Source of the DNA: the human T2T-CHM13v2.0 reference genome, Homo sapiens | Strand: one strand, 5' to 3' | DNA length: 64,000 nucleotides | Assembly (NCBI RefSeq): GCF_009914755.1 | Contig: NC_060939.1 | Shown here: positions 41,400 to 53,699 of the stretch, in pieces | How positions within the stretch are numbered: position 1 is the stretch's first letter | Layout of the letters: each line of letters starts with the position of its first letter | The notes under the pieces: generated by a model | The model's input: only the letters and a program-made list of their open reading frames with translations | The model's database searches: none | What the model was told of the DNA's origin: nothing | Program-made: the position numbers and the translations under genes

Positions 41400-42130
41400 C
41401 TCTTTCAGTATGTTTGAGTGACTACTTTGTGCTGGGCATTATTGAAGTGAAACAAATATATTTTTTTCTTTTTTTGTAGCACATGTGATTAAGATGTGAT
41501 ATTTCTGAGGAAGTTTCTCCTGCTCAAATGTACTTCATTCAAGAGATTTATTGAACATGCCATATGTACCAGCTATTGTGCTAGGTGCTGGTGATATAAC
41601 ATGTATAATAAAGAAACAAATTTTGTGATGATTTGATTACAGATGCTATGAAGGAAAATCAATGCATAAATGAGTAACAGCAGGGCATGGCCAGGCCTAT
41701 GTGATCAGGAAAAGCCTTGATTTTATATCTGAAGGAGAATGAGTACGAGTTAACTAGCTAAGTAGGGAATGCATTTCAGGGAAAATGAGCACTAAGAGCT
41801 AAAGCTCAGTAGTAGAAAGGAGTATAGAGCCAAAGAAGCTGTTGAGAAAGCCAACCCAGGTCTTTGTGTCTGAGCACAGGGGACACAGAGTGGTATGAGA
41901 AGAGACTGACCAGTGGGCAGGGCCATGTCAGACATACCATGTATTTCACCATTTGTTTTAACAGCTACATCATGAACATGTTCCAAGCAAGCCATGCGAA
42001 TCTCATTTTGAGAAGGTCACCGAGATTTTGGGGGGCTGAAAGGCCATTAGAAGGGGATGTCAGTGTATGGGGGAGAGCAGCTGGGAAGCCACTGTGAAAA
42101 CCAGGCAAGAAGTGATGCCAGTTTTGACTA
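41400..42130 (-). mobile_element. L2 fragments
   Basis: tttattgaacatgccatatgtaccagctattgtgctaggtgctgg; gatcaggaaaagcct. Confidence 0.7.
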
Positions 42131-42291
42131 GGACAATTCAAAATACCCGAAACCATCGTTAATCTCTCCTCTGAGTTAAGGAGGAATAAAGTTCCTGTAA
42201 AGTTGTTTTCTGGGAGGTAGATGGTCACTTTGCACTCACCTTTACCATTCATAGAAAGGTTTAGCAGATCAGTCCTGATAAGAAAGAAGCC

Positions 42292-42570
42292 GGCCGGGCG
42301 CGGTGGCTCACGCCTGTAATCCCAGCACTTTGGGAGGCCGAGGCGGGTGGATCACGAGGTCAGGAGATCGAGACCATCCTGGCTAACACGGTGAAACCCC
42401 GTCTCTACTAAAAATACAAAAAATTAGCCGGGCGAGGTGGCGGGCGCCTGTAGTCCCAGCTACTCGGGAGGCTGAGGCAGGAGAATGGCGTAAACCCCAG
42501 GGGGCGGAGCCTGCAGTGAGCCGAGATTGCGCCACTGCACTCCAGCCTGGGCGACAGCGAGACTCCGTCT

Positions 42571-42599
<29 letters not shown>
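42292..42599 (+). mobile_element. Very young AluY, Ye5-like
   Basis: Nearly all CpGs intact; GGCGAGGTGG, AACCCCAGGGGGCGGAGCCTG, GACAGCGAGAC; pure A run 42572-42601; perfect TSD aagaaagaagcc at 42280-42291 and 42600-42611. Confidence 0.97.
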
Positions 42600-42603
<4 letters not shown>

Positions 42604-42891
42604 AAGAAGCCCCAGAGGATGGGCCTCAGGTTAGCAAATAGTGGAAACCAGAATCCTTGTTTGGAGGCACGGTCTGCACAGGTGTGGTAGGTGAAGCTTG
42701 GCAGCTGGGAGTTAGCAGATGCTCCTCAGACCTCACACCTGATAGTGCCAATCAATCTGGTGCTAATCCGAACACAGGAAAGGATACAGAGAGGCCCAGA
42801 GAGCCGGCCCTATCACTTCTCTATGTTGCTGAGTGTTTGCTCTACCGTGTGTTTCATGAATTCACAGAGACACTTTAAAAATTATAATAAC

Positions 42892-43406
42892 AAGAAAATG
42901 TGGTATATATACACAATGGACTACCATTTAGCCATAAAACGAATCAAAGCTTGTGATTTTTGGCAACGTGAATGAGCCTGGAACACTTTATGTTAAGCAA
43001 AAGATAAATATCATATCGTCTCACTCATATGTGGAAGCTGAAAAAGTTGAGCTCATAGAAGTAGAGAGTAGAATTGTGGTTATTAGAGGCTGGGAAGGGG
43101 ATTGGGGAGGAGAGGACAGGGAGAGATTGATTAATGGACAAAAAAATGACAGCCAGATAGGAATAAGTTCTGGTGTTATGCACTACTGTAGGGTGAATAA
43201 GGCTAACTATGATATATGTTTACAAAAAGCTAGAAGAGAATTTTGAATGTTCACAGCACAAAGAAATGATAAATGTTTCAGGGCATGGTTATGCTAATTA
43301 CCCTGATTTGAACATTAAACATTGTATACATATATCAGAATATCGCTCTGTATCTCATAAATATGTATGATTATTATGTGTCAACTGAAAAGGAAAAAAT
43401 AAATAA
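42892..43406 (+). mobile_element. L1MA5-8-like 3' end
   Basis: aagaaaatgtggtatatatacacaatgg...ctaattaccctgatttga; degenerate TSD aaaa(t/g)tataat. Confidence 0.9.
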
Positions 43407-43482
43407 AAAAGTATAATGATAAAGGGTAGAACTGGAAGGGATGCAGAGATCATCTAATGGAGTGGTTCTCAAAGTGCGGTCC

Positions 43483-44287
43483 AGAAACTTCTGCTTCCAG
43501 GAAGATGGAGATGTCCTTTTCCCTATTCTCCTGGTAAGTACAGATAAATACCCTGGATGTTTTTCATTTTCAAGTTTTTTAAATTTTTATTTTAAACCGA
43601 TGAATAATTGTACATATTTATGGGTCCAATGTGATGTTTTGATATACATTGTAGAATGAGTATATCTAGCTAATTAATGTGTCCATCACTTCAAATGTGT
43701 ATTTCTTTGTGGTGAGAACATTTAAAATGTATTTTTTTAGAAATCTGAAATATACATGATTATTAACTATGGTCACCATGCTGTGCAATAGATCTTGAAA
43801 ACGTATTTCAAGATCTATTACTAACTGAAACTTAGTACCCTCTGGTCAACATCTCCCCATTCTGCACTACCCATCCCCAAGCCCTGACAACCACCATTCT
43901 ACTCTCTATTTCTTTAAGTTTGACTTTTTAAAGATTCTGCAAATCAGTGAGATAATACAGTATGTGTCTTTCTGTGTCTGGCTTACTTCACTTAGCATTA
44001 AGCCTGCACATTTTTAGAGAAAGCAAACATGAGACTCTGAAGGGTAGAAAAAGAAGGGAGGCTGACTAGAGAGCTCAAGAATGACTCCTTAGGGAATGAT
44101 GAGTTCCCTAGTTTTCTTTTTGACTCATATACAGACTTAGAGCTGAAGACACTTGCAACCTGAAAACATCAACAGCCACACACAAAACAAAAACAAACCC
44201 AAACCCAAAAATGTTCTGCTCTTGGGCCTGGAAAGGGGCATCCCAGCAAGACAGAGAACTTATAGACAATAATCATTATATTCTAGG
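43483..44287 (+). mobile_element. Old L1M 5'-end-like fragment (43483-43560 plus about 44000-44287)
   Basis: acttctgcttccaggaagatgga YY1-type start typical of L1M 5' ends; bounded by duplicated MER5A sequence. Confidence 0.6.
43562..43998 (-). mobile_element. L1MA 3' end
   Basis: ataattgtacatatttatggg...gtctggcttacttcacttagcat. Confidence 0.9.
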
Positions 44288-44609
44288 CAAAGTATGGTAC
44301 CTGGACCAAGCAGCATCAGCATCACCTGGGAACTTATTAGAAATGCAAATTCGCAGGCCCCACCCCAGACTTACCGAATCAGAAACTTGGGTCTGGAGCC
44401 CAGTAGTCTGTGTTTAATGAGTCCTGTGGGAGATTCTGATGTGTGCTCAAGGTTGGGAACTGCTGGTGGGGTACAGCTGGTCTTTTGTTTGACAGCAGAA
44501 ACTCCGGTTGATTTCCCCCAGGTGATAGTTTGTGAGTAGTCTAGCGCTTGTTCTAGATTTGCCTAGAATGACTCTTCTAGTGCTAAAATCTAAGGTGAAC
44601 AGAGAAAAT

Positions 44610-44711
44610 TTTATTTTTTATTTTACAAATGTTTTTATTTTAGATCCAGGGGATAAAATGCTTATTTGTTACATGGATATATTGTGTCATGGCGGAGAAT
44701 GGCTTTCTAGT
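44610..44711 (-). mobile_element. L1PB-like 3' tip (about 100 bp)
   Basis: ttttagatccagggg...ttgttacatggatatattg; TSD core aacagagaa at 44598 and 44714. Confidence 0.75.
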
Positions 44712-45928
44712 AAAACAGAGAATTTTCAATAAAACATAAATTAAGTGGTAACAAATGTTAGTATGTGTATTGTTTTAATTAAGTGCTTGGCACATAGTGG
44801 ATTCTAGATAAATATTTGTTGAATGTTGAACATATTGTAAGTCTTTGATTCAGTTATAGTTTCAGAGAAGATGCTGAAAGAAAGAGGATCTTTTGGAAAA
44901 CCTCAGTCAGCATCTGCAAATCATCTACAGCATCTATGAACCTGTCCCAGCAAAGATGGCTGCCGCAGGCAAATGGGTTGCACAATGTTCTTTCACATGC
45001 CTGGTCTCTTTTTTCTCAATATAAGGCTTTATACATACATGACATCATATCATGCCAGAATTTCTCAACTCTACACTATCACCTTTTCCTAGATTCCTGT
45101 AGTTCAAGCACTAAGTCTATTCTCCAGGTTACTTAGAAGGTGATTTTTAAAAAATAGTGCAGTTTTGTAATTGTCCCTCCATTGGATCTTAGCCCCAGAC
45201 CACATTTACATCATTAAACCTTTGGTTTAATTGGACAAGAGCAAAGCATAAATGTCTGCTGCTTGAAAAATAAACATTTCTGTATTGTCTAGATGTTTAT
45301 CTCAACATATAGTTACAATTACTCAGAGACTAAATGGGGTTTTAAAATTTATTTAAAAAGTCGTGGCTGCTAGGATAAACTGAAAAAAGCCAAGTTTGAA
45401 TCCAAACTTTATTTTTACAAGTAGTTTTCTAACAACCCTTAAGGGGTTCTGGGTAACCCCTTAGGTATGAGGAGAGCTCAACAGTGACTAAATTGGGTAG
45501 GACAATGAGGCACTTTGACCCTGCAGATGCCAGGGACCTACTGTCACTTTAGTCTGGCTGTTCTGGCAGTCTGCTATTTTGTATTTTGTAAAGCTTGTTG
45601 AAAACAGCACTAAAGCTTTGTTTTAAAGATTTTTCAAGCCACTGGGTTCAACAGATGAAGAGGGGTGATAATTGGGTAGGCATCTGAAAAGTCTACTGAA
45701 GGATCCTTTTCTAATTCTCACCACCAAAGCCAGCATATACAAAAGGCGGCAGGAGACATGGAAACAGTGCCTTAGGAAGTGAAGGCTCAAGGTGAGACAC
45801 TTTCTGAGGGGACCAAATATGCACAAGCCAAGCATATGCCTTATGCTAGCTTCCTGATGCCATTTGTGTGTTGATTGTGACATACCACTTGGCTCAGAAA
45901 CCCATAGGAACTTGATGCTGGTTTATAG

Positions 45929-46115
45929 CAGTAGTTCTAAAAGTGTAGTGCTAGACCAGCAGCCTTAGTGTCACTCGGGAATGTGTTAGAAATGCAAATT
46001 GCCTGGCCCCACCCCAGACCTACTCAATGAGAAACTGTGGGGATGGAGCCCAGCAGTCTGTTTTAACGAGCACCCCCAGGTGATTCTAGTGTACACTAGA
46101 GTCTGAGAGCTACTG
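45929..46115 (+). mobile_element. MER5A, full length
   Basis: cagtagttct...tagaaatgcaaatt...ccccaccccagacctact...agctactg. Confidence 0.9.
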
Positions 46116-46590
46116 CAGTAATTTGAAAGAGAGCATATTTTTTCAAAGGGACACAGCATCTCATTGCTCATGTGAAAAGTCAGTTCAAAGCCTGACTAGG
46201 AAACCGCAGTAACCATGTCAAAGGCAAGAAAGGAGTCTTTTAAAAACCAGATACACAAAGCAATGGCTCTCCTGCTGGTTTTGAGAGGAATGAGAAAATT
46301 CAAGGAAATGGAGGAAGCTATACATCTGAAAGAACCAGAAAGCAAATAGCCAGTAGGCTCCAGCGCACATGTGAAACATATTTGAATAACTCGATTCAAC
46401 TCTCATATATTCTCTGCCTTAAACTTTTTCCAGATTATTTGCAGTTAGCAAAGTTTGTATATCTTGTTTGTGAACTCGACAGCAAAACTAAGTGATAACC
46501 CTTCTCTTTGTGGTGGTGTGAGTGGGGGATGGTGAGTACAGTTTATGCATAATTTGTGTCCATCATGTGAACATAACTGAGGAAGCACAC

Positions 46591-46971
46591 TGATATGGTT
46601 TGGCTCTGTGTCCCCATCCAAATATTATGCTGAATTGTAATTCCCAATGTTGGGGGAGGGACCTGGGTGGAGGTGATTGGATCATGGGGGCAGATTTTCC
46701 CCATGTTGTTCTCATAATAGTGAGTGAGTTCTCACGAGATCTGATGGTTTAAAAGTGTAGGGCACAACCCCCTTCACTCTCTCTCCGGCTCTGCCATGGT
46801 AAGATGTGACTGCTTCCCCTTCACCGTCTGCCATAATTGTAAGTTTCCTGGGGCCTCACAGCCATGCTTCCTGTACAGCCTGCGGAACAGTGAGTCAATT
46901 AAACCTGTTTTCTTCATAAGTTACCCAGTCTCAGGTAGTTCTTTATAGCAGTGTGAGAACGGACTAATAGA
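46591..46971 (+). mobile_element. THE1D-like MaLR solo LTR
   Basis: TGATATGGTTTGGCTCTGTGTCCCC start; gagtcaattaaacct; 5-bp TSD cacac at 46586-46590 and 46972-46976. Confidence 0.93.
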
Positions 46972-48294
46972 CACACCTACCCGAATTTATTACACAGATG
47001 TCATGGGAGCCTCCCAGGAAGGATGTTTGTCTCTGACCAGTAACTAATCTGGAGTCACCTGAGGGAAGGAGTAATCCCTCCCGGGCGTCCTATCCTGGCA
47101 ATCACCTGGATTTGCCTCTTGACTCCTAGTTCTGTGCAAGATAGGTGAACTGTAGGTAAAAACGGTAGTTTCACGTAAAAAACTCAGAGATCTTTGAGCA
47201 TAAGCAGCACTGCTTTGGTGTCTGCAAGGAAAAATATAACTCAATTGAGAGAAAGATTCCATCCTGTCTCTCCTGTAAGGAAAATGGCTTCTGTTTTAAG
47301 GCATTCAGAACTCCGGGAAACACAGTCAAGCATTTCCTGACTCGGCAACTGGGAATCAGTTGAGGGTCTCTCAGATTCATGTTGGTGCTGCCTGAACAAC
47401 CTTGGCATTAGTATTATAAAGAACACAATACAGTGGGGAGTTTGCATTTTCCTCTTGTTTATTTTCAATTGCATTTATGGTTGATGGGGCTGGGTGCTGG
47501 GTGGGGTACAGGGCAAGTTTCTCTATATCTTCATTTCCTTTGTCTCACACTGTAACACCTAGGTCGTAGCTTAGTTTACACAGCTAGTGTTCAACTAATT
47601 ATGTTGATTGAGATAACTGCTGAAAGCAAACCTTTTAAGAATTATTTGCGTAATAAAAATGTGGCATGCCTGTGAATTATAAACAGAGTCCGTTTACTTT
47701 TCAAAATATTCCTAACCAACCAGAAACCTCATAATCAACTAACGGTGCTGGGAAACTAGGAGAAAAATACTTCAGAAACTTTAGTTAGGGGAGCAACTAG
47801 GTATATATTTGTTTTTAACCAAGTTCTACCTCAGTTTCCCACTTATGGTTTCTGCTTGAAGATCCCACCAAGACCCAGGCCTTGTCATGAATGCCGATGG
47901 GTGGCTGTGCTCCTTTAGCCTACCTTTTACCGTCTGCCTTCCTTGGCCTTGTCTCTGCTTCCTGCAGCCCCTGGCACCGCCTCCGTCCTTCACTCCCTCC
48001 CACTTGTGTGGGTCCTGCATTTGGGTGGCTTTCTTAGAAAAAGCCACTGCCTTCCTGCCTGATGGCAAGTATGGTCTGATGCTTGTGTTTCCTGGTGTTC
48101 CCTGTATTGGCAAGGACCTCTGGCTACCAACCAACAACTGCCCAATTCTCTATTACGTTTGTATTGTCCTTGTTACTACTCTACTGCCTTTGTTCAAGTT
48201 CGCTGAAATCATTAGTTAGTTTCAACATCAGTCCTACCATGCTTTGTGGCGAGCAAATTTCTAGCCTTTTCCTAATACCTCCATGAAAAAAAAA

Positions 48295-49028
48295 TTATTT
48301 TAAGTTCTGGGGTACACGTGCAGGATGTGCAGGTTTGTTACATAGGTAAAGATGTGCCATAGTGGTTTGCTGCACCTATCAACCCATCACCTAGGTATTA
48401 AGCCCAGCATGCATTAGCTCTTTTCCCTAATGCTCTCCCTCCCCCGCCTCACCTCCTGCCCTCCCCTGACAGGCTCCTGTGAGTGTTGTTCCCCTCCCTG
48501 TGACCATTGTTCACCTCCCACTTATAAGTGAGAACGTGCAGTGTTTGGTTTTCTGTTCCCGTGTTAGTTCGCCGAGGATAATGGCTTCCAGATTCATTCA
48601 TGTCCCTGCAAAGGACATAATCTTGTTCCTTTTTATGGCTATATAGTGTTCCACGGTGTATATATACCACATTTTCTTTATCCAGACTATCATTGATGGG
48701 CATTTGGGTTGATTCCACGTCTTTGCTATTGTGAATAGTGCTGCAGTGAACATACACATGCATGTGTCTTTATAATAGAATGACTTATATTCCTTTGGGT
48801 ATGTACCCAGTAATGGGATTTCTGGGTCAAATGGTATTTCTGCCTCTCGGTCTTTGAGGAATTGCCGCACTGTCTTCCACAATGGTTGAACTAATTTACA
48901 TTCCCACTAACAATGTAAAAGCGTTCCTATTTCTTCACAGCCTTGCCAATATCTGTTGTTTCTTGACTTTTTAATAATCACCATTCTGACTGGCATGAGA
49001 TGGTATCATTGTTTGATTTGCATTTCTA
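48295..49028 (-). mobile_element. L1PA8-10-like 3' end
   Basis: Minus-strand ORF 48598-48882 resembles the L1 ORF2 C-terminus (AALFTIAKTWNQPKCPS). Confidence 0.93.
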
Positions 49029-49118
49029 ATTTTATGAAGTGATACTCGGGTCAAAAAGTGTGCACATACTGGACAGGCTAAATAGGATGAAGGCATTGTT
49101 TCTTAACCCAAACATTAG

Positions 49119-49508
49119 CAAGTGTTTCTAAGAGTGTGGTCTATGGGGCTATCTGCATCAGAATCATTTGGGGAGCAAATTAACGAAGGAAATTTCTGGG
49201 TCCTTCCTCCAGTAACTAGTTTTTTTGATTCTGTAAGTCTAAGAAACAGGTTTTTATCGTTGTTGTTGTTTGTTTTGCTTTAAACCCAGCCAGTTTGAGA
49301 GCCACTGCTTTATATTTCGTTCTTAATTTTGGCTAAAAATCCCAGGGTAGAGGTGAGGGGTAGGGAGGTGAAGAGGTGCTTTTAAAAAAATATACATTGC
49401 GTGGGTCTCAACACGTCAATTAAATGAGAAGTTCTGAATGTAGAGACTAGGCACTGGCATTTTTAAAAAGCTTCCGAAGTATAGTGCAGCCAGGTTTAAA
49501 AACAACTT
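49119..49508. mobile_element. Two adjacent decayed MER5-type hAT MITEs
   Basis: gtgtggtc...ctgcatcagaatca...tttgagagccactg; then gcatttttaaaaagcttcc...gtgcagccaggttt. Confidence 0.6.
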
Positions 49509-49714
49509 CTTTAGTTTTGATTATTAATATATGTGGTTTCAAAAGTCTGTAGTGCAAAAACTGCCTTCATTAAGTTATTTCTCTTTAGCAACGTTGTTTA
49601 CAACCTTCCTTTCTATAGGTCATGTTAATAAAATGTACTTCCTTCTGTGTTATGGAATCATCTTTCCTCTTTTCTTTATTGCTTTTATTTTTCTGGTTAA
49701 GTTAAAACATATAA

Positions 49715-50008
49715 AGCTGGCTTTGCAAGCTGATGGTCCACAGCTAAAATTGGTCTAGCAGGTGTGTTTTGTGTTTGCAGAGTACTTTAAAAAAGATTTA
49801 AGCCAATAGTTAAATTGTGACTTTCGACATAAAAATTCAGACTTGACAAAATGAAGGAAAAAGCAGATGTCTCCTTAACATGGGAGCCACCTTCCCCAGA
49901 AAGCAGTTGGGTAGCAGTGAGCCCCAGCTGCCCCCTTTAGGGGGCTAAGTGCTGCCTGCCCATCAGCCCTCCTTGACCCATTTATGCCATGCCCCTCTGA
50001 CACTTCTG
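49715..50008. mobile_element. MER102-like hAT MITE
   Basis: gcaggtgtgttttg, cataaaaattcagactt, cagctgccccctttag motifs. Confidence 0.5.
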
Positions 50009-50413
50009 GTCATGACCTTCAGGATAAATAAGTGAATTTAATCAATTAACATTTGGGCATCTACTAAGTGTCAGGCATTCTATGATACATGTTTTTCTTG
50101 AACAGACCTATGACAAATGTATTATCTTCTTTGTAGAAATATAAGGTGGGGCATGGCTGAGCAAGGCTGACCAGGGACTGGGTCAGAATTCTAATCCAGA
50201 TCTGTATGCTGCCAAAGCACCTCCAGATCCTCATACTTGTAAAAACTGCAGGAGATTTGGCTTGGTTCCACAACTCTGAGATTAAAGAGAAGGAACATTT
50301 TGGGGCACCTGGGAAGTATTTTGCATTCCTTTAAGGCTCTAACACCTGGATTAAGGGAATTCTGAAACCAGTAAATTTGGGGGAGGGCTTTAGTCTAATT
50401 AGCTTGAAGAGTC

Positions 50414-50436
50414 AAAAAAAAAAAAAAAAAAAAAAA
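50414..50436. repeat. Free-standing poly(A) run, 23 nt
   Basis: Direct reading; no adjacent SINE body. Confidence 0.9.
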
Positions 50437-51449
50437 GAGAAAGCTTTTGGGCTATTTAAGACCGATTTGCAATCCCATCAAGTGGATGCAATCGTGTATG
50501 TAACCTGAACATTTCAAGGAGAGTTAATAATGACTTCTCAGGCACCCGGGGGAACTGAACGGGAAGAACATTTGTTCAACGTAGTTAGTTATCTGAGCAT
50601 TTTTTTTTTTGTAAAACAAATTCTTGAGTGTACCTCTGAAGTGAGGCCTCATGCCCACATCTCAATAGCAGTCACTTTGGCTTCCCGTAGTCTAAAGTAC
50701 CACCTTTTTAGTGTAGTTTACAATTTACGTTATAAATATTTTACCAGAGTTACTTTGTTAAATAGCATTTTATATTCTTTGTGTGATTTTCAGTGACATC
50801 TTGGGGTCAGAATCATTCCCTTAGAAATGGATCTCAATTTTTGGTGTATTAATAGAAAAATCCTGTTCCTAGACAAGTTTCTAGAAAACATCTGCTTAAC
50901 CAAAGCATGCAACTGTTTTCTTCTCTAGAGTGTTTTCAGGGTCCTAAAAATGGGTTGGGAAGAAGGCTACTAGTGAGCTGTTCTGAATCTAGAAACTTCC
51001 CGTTTCTCAAGTAGGCTGTGTGAACTGGCAAGTTAATAAAAGAAGTGGTAAAAAGGCACTGAAAGACATTAAAAAAAAAAGGTAGTAGTTATTGGGACAG
51101 GATAATATTTAAACCATTTAATGAGACCGTGTTCAATAAGTTTTTGCCTTTGTATTCCTGCATTGTCTGCTGTGGGGTAGTTGGCTGTGTCTATTAGTAT
51201 ATTGTCAACCTCGGTCATCATTGGCTCAGGGTTCAGCTGAGCCTAACTCTGAGGTTAGCATGTCTTCATCATCTATAGCTAACTGAACTTAGACCAGATA
51301 GATGCTTGTTTTCCCCTACTACCAGGAGACCAGAACTGAGTAGCACCTTGTGCTTTTTTGGTGACAGCCTAGTCCCACACTACCTTTCTGATCAGCACCT
51401 TGCAAGGGCTACTGTAGTTAGTCCTAATATGAAAGGAAAATTGACTACT

Positions 51450-52178
51450 TTTTTTTAAAGTTATACTTTAAGTCCTGGGATACATGTGTAGAATGTGCAG
51501 GTTTGTTAAACAGGTATACACGTGCTATGGTGGTTTGCTGCACCCATCAACCCGTTATCTACATTAGGTGTTTCTCCTAATGCTATCCCTTCCCTAGCTC
51601 TCCACCCACTGACAGGCCCTGGTATGTGATGTTCCCCTCCCTGTGTCCATATGTTCTCATTGTTCAACTCCCACTTATGAGTGAGAACATGCAGTGTTTG
51701 GTTTTCTGTTCCTGTGTTAGTTTGCTGAGAGTGATGGTTTCCAGCTTCATCCATGTCCCTGCAAAGGACATGAACTCATCCTTTTTTATGGCTGCATAGT
51801 ATTCCATGGTGTATATGTGCCACATTTTCTTAATCCAGTCTATCATTGATGGGCATTTGGGTTGGTTCCAAGTCTTTGCTATTGTGAACAGTGCTGCAAT
51901 AAATATACGTGTGCATGTGTCTTTATAGTAGAGTGATTTATAATCCTTTGGGTATATACCCAGTAATGGGTTTGCTAGGCCAAATGGTATTTCTGGTTCT
52001 AGGTCCTTGAGGAATTGCCACACTGTCTTCCACGATGGTTGAACTAATTTACACTCCCACCACCAGTGTAAAAGCATTCCTGTTTCTCCACGTTCTCTCC
52101 AGCATCTGTTGTTTCGTGACTAAATGATCACCATTCTTACTGGTGTGAGATGGTATCTCATTGTGGTTTTGATTTGCA
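51450..52178 (-). mobile_element. L1PA7-like 3' end
   Basis: Minus-strand ORF 51664-52077 resembles the L1 ORF2 C-terminus (WHIYTMEYYAAIKKDEFMSFAGTWMKLE). Confidence 0.95.
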
Positions 52179-52671
52179 GAAAACTAATTTTCTAATTCTA
52201 ATTCCCAGGATGCCACCCTAGACCATTCAAAGGGAGGGCAGCTAGGAGAGTTGCGCTACTATGGGGGCTCATTTTTCTCTGCTGATCTGGACCTAGTTTT
52301 TTATGTCAGCTCCCTGTTTTATCCCGTCAGTATAGGTAGATTCTCTAGTGCTAGGAGCCACCTCTCTAAGGTGGGTATAGAGGCTGTAGATTCTCTCCCA
52401 GATCTTGGTGTATAATGAATGGGTCAGAGAGACTGGCTGACATCCTTAGGCCCTCAAATGAAGGATTTTGATTATTGCAGTTTACTGAAAGTTAAGACCC
52501 TGGACTTGAGGTAATGCTTCCTGGTATTTATCCACAGAGGTGCCCACAAATCCACCTTTGCAACAGGCTTCCATCAGAGCTAAGAATAATTTCCTCGTGG
52601 TTTACTTTTGGTAAAGGTTGTCTCAGTAACTGACAGCTCTTAATTAAGCAATAGTTTTGTGATCTCTCAGC

Positions 52672-52890
52672 CAGGAGGTGGTGGAGAATAGTAATATGAG
52701 GTCAAGGACTGGAAACATTCAGACCAGCAGTCAAATCCTTACTTATGGGTTACTGGAACACAAAGCTCTGAGCCTCAATGCCCTTATTTGTAAAAAGGGA
52801 CAATATCAAACTGAGGAGGGGAGTATTGGAGGATTAAATGAGAATGTCTATCAAGTGCTATCACAGAGCCTGGCACACAAGTGCTCAATG
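52672..52890 (+). mobile_element. MIR
   Basis: ctctgagcctcaatgcccttatttgtaaaaaggga...ggattaaatgaga...cctggcacacaagtgctcaat. Confidence 0.8.
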
Positions 52891-53167
52891 GATAGGATGT
52901 GTTTTTAATGAGGAAATATTCCTAAAGTTATCCTCAACCTCTCATTCATCAGGTATCCAAAGGTCTCCAGACTTTCAGAATAGGAACACTTCCACAGACT
53001 GCCATCAGCAGGAGTCAAGGCATTGTCGGCTCTGGCTGCAGGCTCAGCATCGTGCATTTATCAGGGGCTGCTTGCTTGCCTGAGCCAGAGTAAGACCACA
53101 CTCTCAGCAGTCCACCATCAGCAGAGTCAGAAGCGGGTCAGAACCCTACAGACTGCCATTTGGCAGT

Positions 53168-53497
53168 TGCTATGGTTTGAATGTGTCCCCTCTAAAATTC
53201 TGGTGCTGCCTATGTGATAGTATTGAGAGGTGAGGCCTTTAAGAGATGATTAGGCTATGAGGGCTCCTCCCTCGTGAATGGGATTAAAGCCCTTAAGAGT
53301 CTTCAGAAGCATTTGGCTAGCTTACTCTTGTACTTTGTTACCTGAGGAAACAGTAAGAAGGCCCTCACTGGACCAGGTGTTGGCACCTCGGCTCTTGGAC
53401 TTCCTGGCCTCTAGGACTATGGGGAAATTAATCTCTGTTCTTTTAAACTTACCTCGTCTCAGGTATTCCATTATAGTCGCAGAAAGGGACTAAGACA
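53168..53497 (+). mobile_element. MST-family (MSTC/D-like) MaLR solo LTR
   Basis: TGCTATGGTTTGAATGTGTCCCC...ggactaagaCA. Confidence 0.9.
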
Positions 53498-53699
53498 GTG
53501 GGTGTCCAGAGTGAGCCTACATTAAAAAAGATCACCCTTCTTTAGGGTGTACTTCCTTCAGTGGAGTGAATTAGAAGTCTAGGACTAGTTCTGTTCCTGG
53601 AAAGACTCCCTCCCCAACCTGCTCTCAACACTCACAACTTCTCCATTGCTATCTGCCTGGGGACCAGCAGCAAAAACTCCATCACATTCCTTACCCCTG

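Larger units (their letters stand above)
43460..44465 (+). mobile_element. MER5A split into 43460-43482 and 44288-44465
   Basis: agtggttctcaaagtgcggtcc ... ggaccaagcagcatcagcatcacctgggaacttattagaaatgcaaatt...gaactgctg. Confidence 0.85.

Noticed and set aside
45392-45463. Small hairpins (7- and 9-bp stems) and short tandem duplications elsewhere (about 15515, about 62847)
   Set aside because: Within chance or ordinary slippage for 64 kb.
47826-48286. Overlapping 103-110 aa ORFs in unique sequence
   Set aside because: No recognisable domain or exon structure; the length is expected by chance in a locally GC-richer patch.
51664-52077. 137-aa ORF resembling a real protein (also 48598-48882 and 55798-56040)
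   Set aside because: C-terminal fragments of L1 ORF2 in 5'-truncated copies.
48295-52178. Two minus-strand L1PA ends truncated within a few bases of the same L1 position, suggesting a local duplication
   Set aside because: They differ in 3' UTR diagnostics (only the first has cctaggtattaagcccagcatgcattag) and have unrelated flanks, so they are independent insertions.
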